Source: Pelagomonas calceolata (Eukaryota). From it: a stretch of 64,000 nt of DNA. Positions 62,752 through 64,000 of this stretch are shown here, one piece after another. The notes below the pieces were generated by a model. That model searched no databases, was not told the origin of the DNA, and saw only the letters and a program-made list of their open reading frames with translations. Where the stretch lies: assembly GCA_918797485.1 (NCBI GenBank), contig CAKKNE010000001.1:3906001-3970000 (forward strand), written 5' to 3'. The position numbers and the translations under genes are program-made. Every line of letters starts with the position of its first letter. The first letter of the stretch is position 1.

Positions 62752-62891
62752 CAGCAAAAAGTGGACAACTTTTGAGGCGCCGCGAGGAGCGCACCGATCG
62801 TTTCAGCGCGTGCCGAAGCATCACCAGTACCACACAACCCAGCTCCTCCCACTGCCGAGCGCTGGACCTCAAAATCGACGCCTGCTAAGAG

Positions 62892-63995
62892 ATGGACGTC
62901 GTCCTGCCCCCGCAGACGACGGCGCCGCAGCGCACGGTCCAGCCGCCGGCGCACTTGAAAGGCGTCGCCTTCCCGCGCGACGGCTCTCCGCAAGAACCGT
63001 CAAAAAAGGAGGAAGGCTTGAGTGCTGACGAGCTCGCGAAGCGCCAAGCACGGCTGCAGAAGCGCGGTGCTCTGTTGCGGAAGGTTTTAGGTGCGGGCAC
63101 GTACGTGGTCGACGAAGTGGGCGACTACCGAAGGAAGAAGGTGAAAGTGTACGTCCAGTACGAAGGGTTCCAGCCCGGCGCGATCGATCGCAAAAAGGAA
63201 CTGCGAGTAGCTATATCCTTGCCAGATTCATGGGTCGACGCGCCCGCGAAACGGTTGAAGGAGGCCTTCCTCAAGACCTACAACTCGAGGTTCCGCAAGT
63301 CTCAAATTGGGGACTGCCTGCTCGCGGTCAAGGACGACTCTTATTTGACCTTTTCCAAAAATGTGATAGGCGACGACCGGTTGATCGGCGATGTGTTCCG
63401 GGAGAACGACGAGGTTTTTGTGGTCACGGAACAAGATGTTGCTGACTTGGATGCGGAGGTGGCAAAGCTAAAAAAAATACTAAGTGACTACGAGGCCGAG
63501 GTCGAGAAGAACTCGACGGTGGACATGGAAGAGTTAACGAAACTGACCACGATCAGCCGAGAGATCGACCCGGAGCAAGCCCATTGCTTGTTGATAGGCA
63601 TGCGCCAGTGCTACATGCTGCCCGTCGGGCCCGAGTATACCGTGGCGGACGTCAAGCGCTTCATCAATCATAAGGGCGGGAGGGACGCCTACCCGCTCGG
63701 GTCGCTGGATGTGGCCCTGGTGGAGAATTTCGAGATCAATGTGTTGGGCGATGGTGATACGATGGAGGCGCTATGTAAACGGGTGTATGGCGAGGAGGCG
63801 TCGTTGCCCAGGACAATCCCGCTGTACTGGGGCAAGCGGCTCCAGGACCCCAAGTACTTCCTCTGGATCCCGACGCTGCACACGCCCGATTCCTTTAGAG
63901 GGCCCGGCGACGAGAACAGTGCCGAAGCCAAAAAGTCCGGGGCCGAGCTGGCGAACGACATGGTCAACTCGGGCGGCGACTGTAGCGTTATGTAG
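62892..63995 (+). CDS. Hypothetical protein with possible ubiquitin-like folds and C-terminal CAAX box
   Basis: Ends in CSVM*; TVADVKRFI Ubl-like helix. Confidence 0.65.
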   Translation: MDVVLPPQTTAPQRTVQPPAHLKGVAFPRDGSPQEPSKKEEGLSADELAKRQARLQKRGALLRKVLGAGTYVVDEVGDYRRKKVKVYVQYEGFQPGAIDRKKELRVAISLPDSWVDAPAKRLKEAFLKTYNSRFRKSQIGDCLLAVKDDSYLTFSKNVIGDDRLIGDVFRENDEVFVVTEQDVADLDAEVAKLKKILSDYEAEVEKNSTVDMEELTKLTTISREIDPEQAHCLLIGMRQCYMLPVGPEYTVADVKRFINHKGGRDAYPLGSLDVALVENFEINVLGDGDTMEALCKRVYGEEASLPRTIPLYWGKRLQDPKYFLWIPTLHTPDSFRGPGDENSAEAKKSGAELANDMVNSGGDCSVM

Positions 63996-64000
63996 TTTTG

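Overview
GC-rich, very gene-dense eukaryotic nuclear DNA: about 40 protein genes in 64 kb, few short spliceosomal introns, bipartite plastid-targeting presequences. Gene content and an introner-type intron point to a pelagophyte alga such as Pelagomonas or Aureococcus (inference, no search run). No rRNA, tRNA or CRISPR was seen. Housekeeping genes include a capping enzyme, EngA/Der, DUS, mL59, RluA, transketolase, SCYL1, a SNF2-RING helicase and transporters. Three things stand out. (1) Two nearby co-oriented genes share a divergent ASKHA-fold domain resembling GDA1/CD39 apyrase and Ppx-GppA. In one it is fused to a pentameric ligand-gated-channel module with a PDZ insert (12003-15029); in the other it is fused to a TIR domain that keeps its catalytic Glu (21362-23236). 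A lectin-TM-PDZ receptor lies between them. Together they are a candidate nucleotide-signalling or immune system. (2) An 18-22 bp motif CTAGCG-Nx-GTAAGACACTAG occurs in 16 promoter-side intergenic regions and was not seen between convergent genes. (3) An intact 75-bp introner (11-bp TIRs, 8-bp TSD, GC-AG splicing) joins two apparent ORFs into one gene, and decayed relatives occur in other introns and UTRs.
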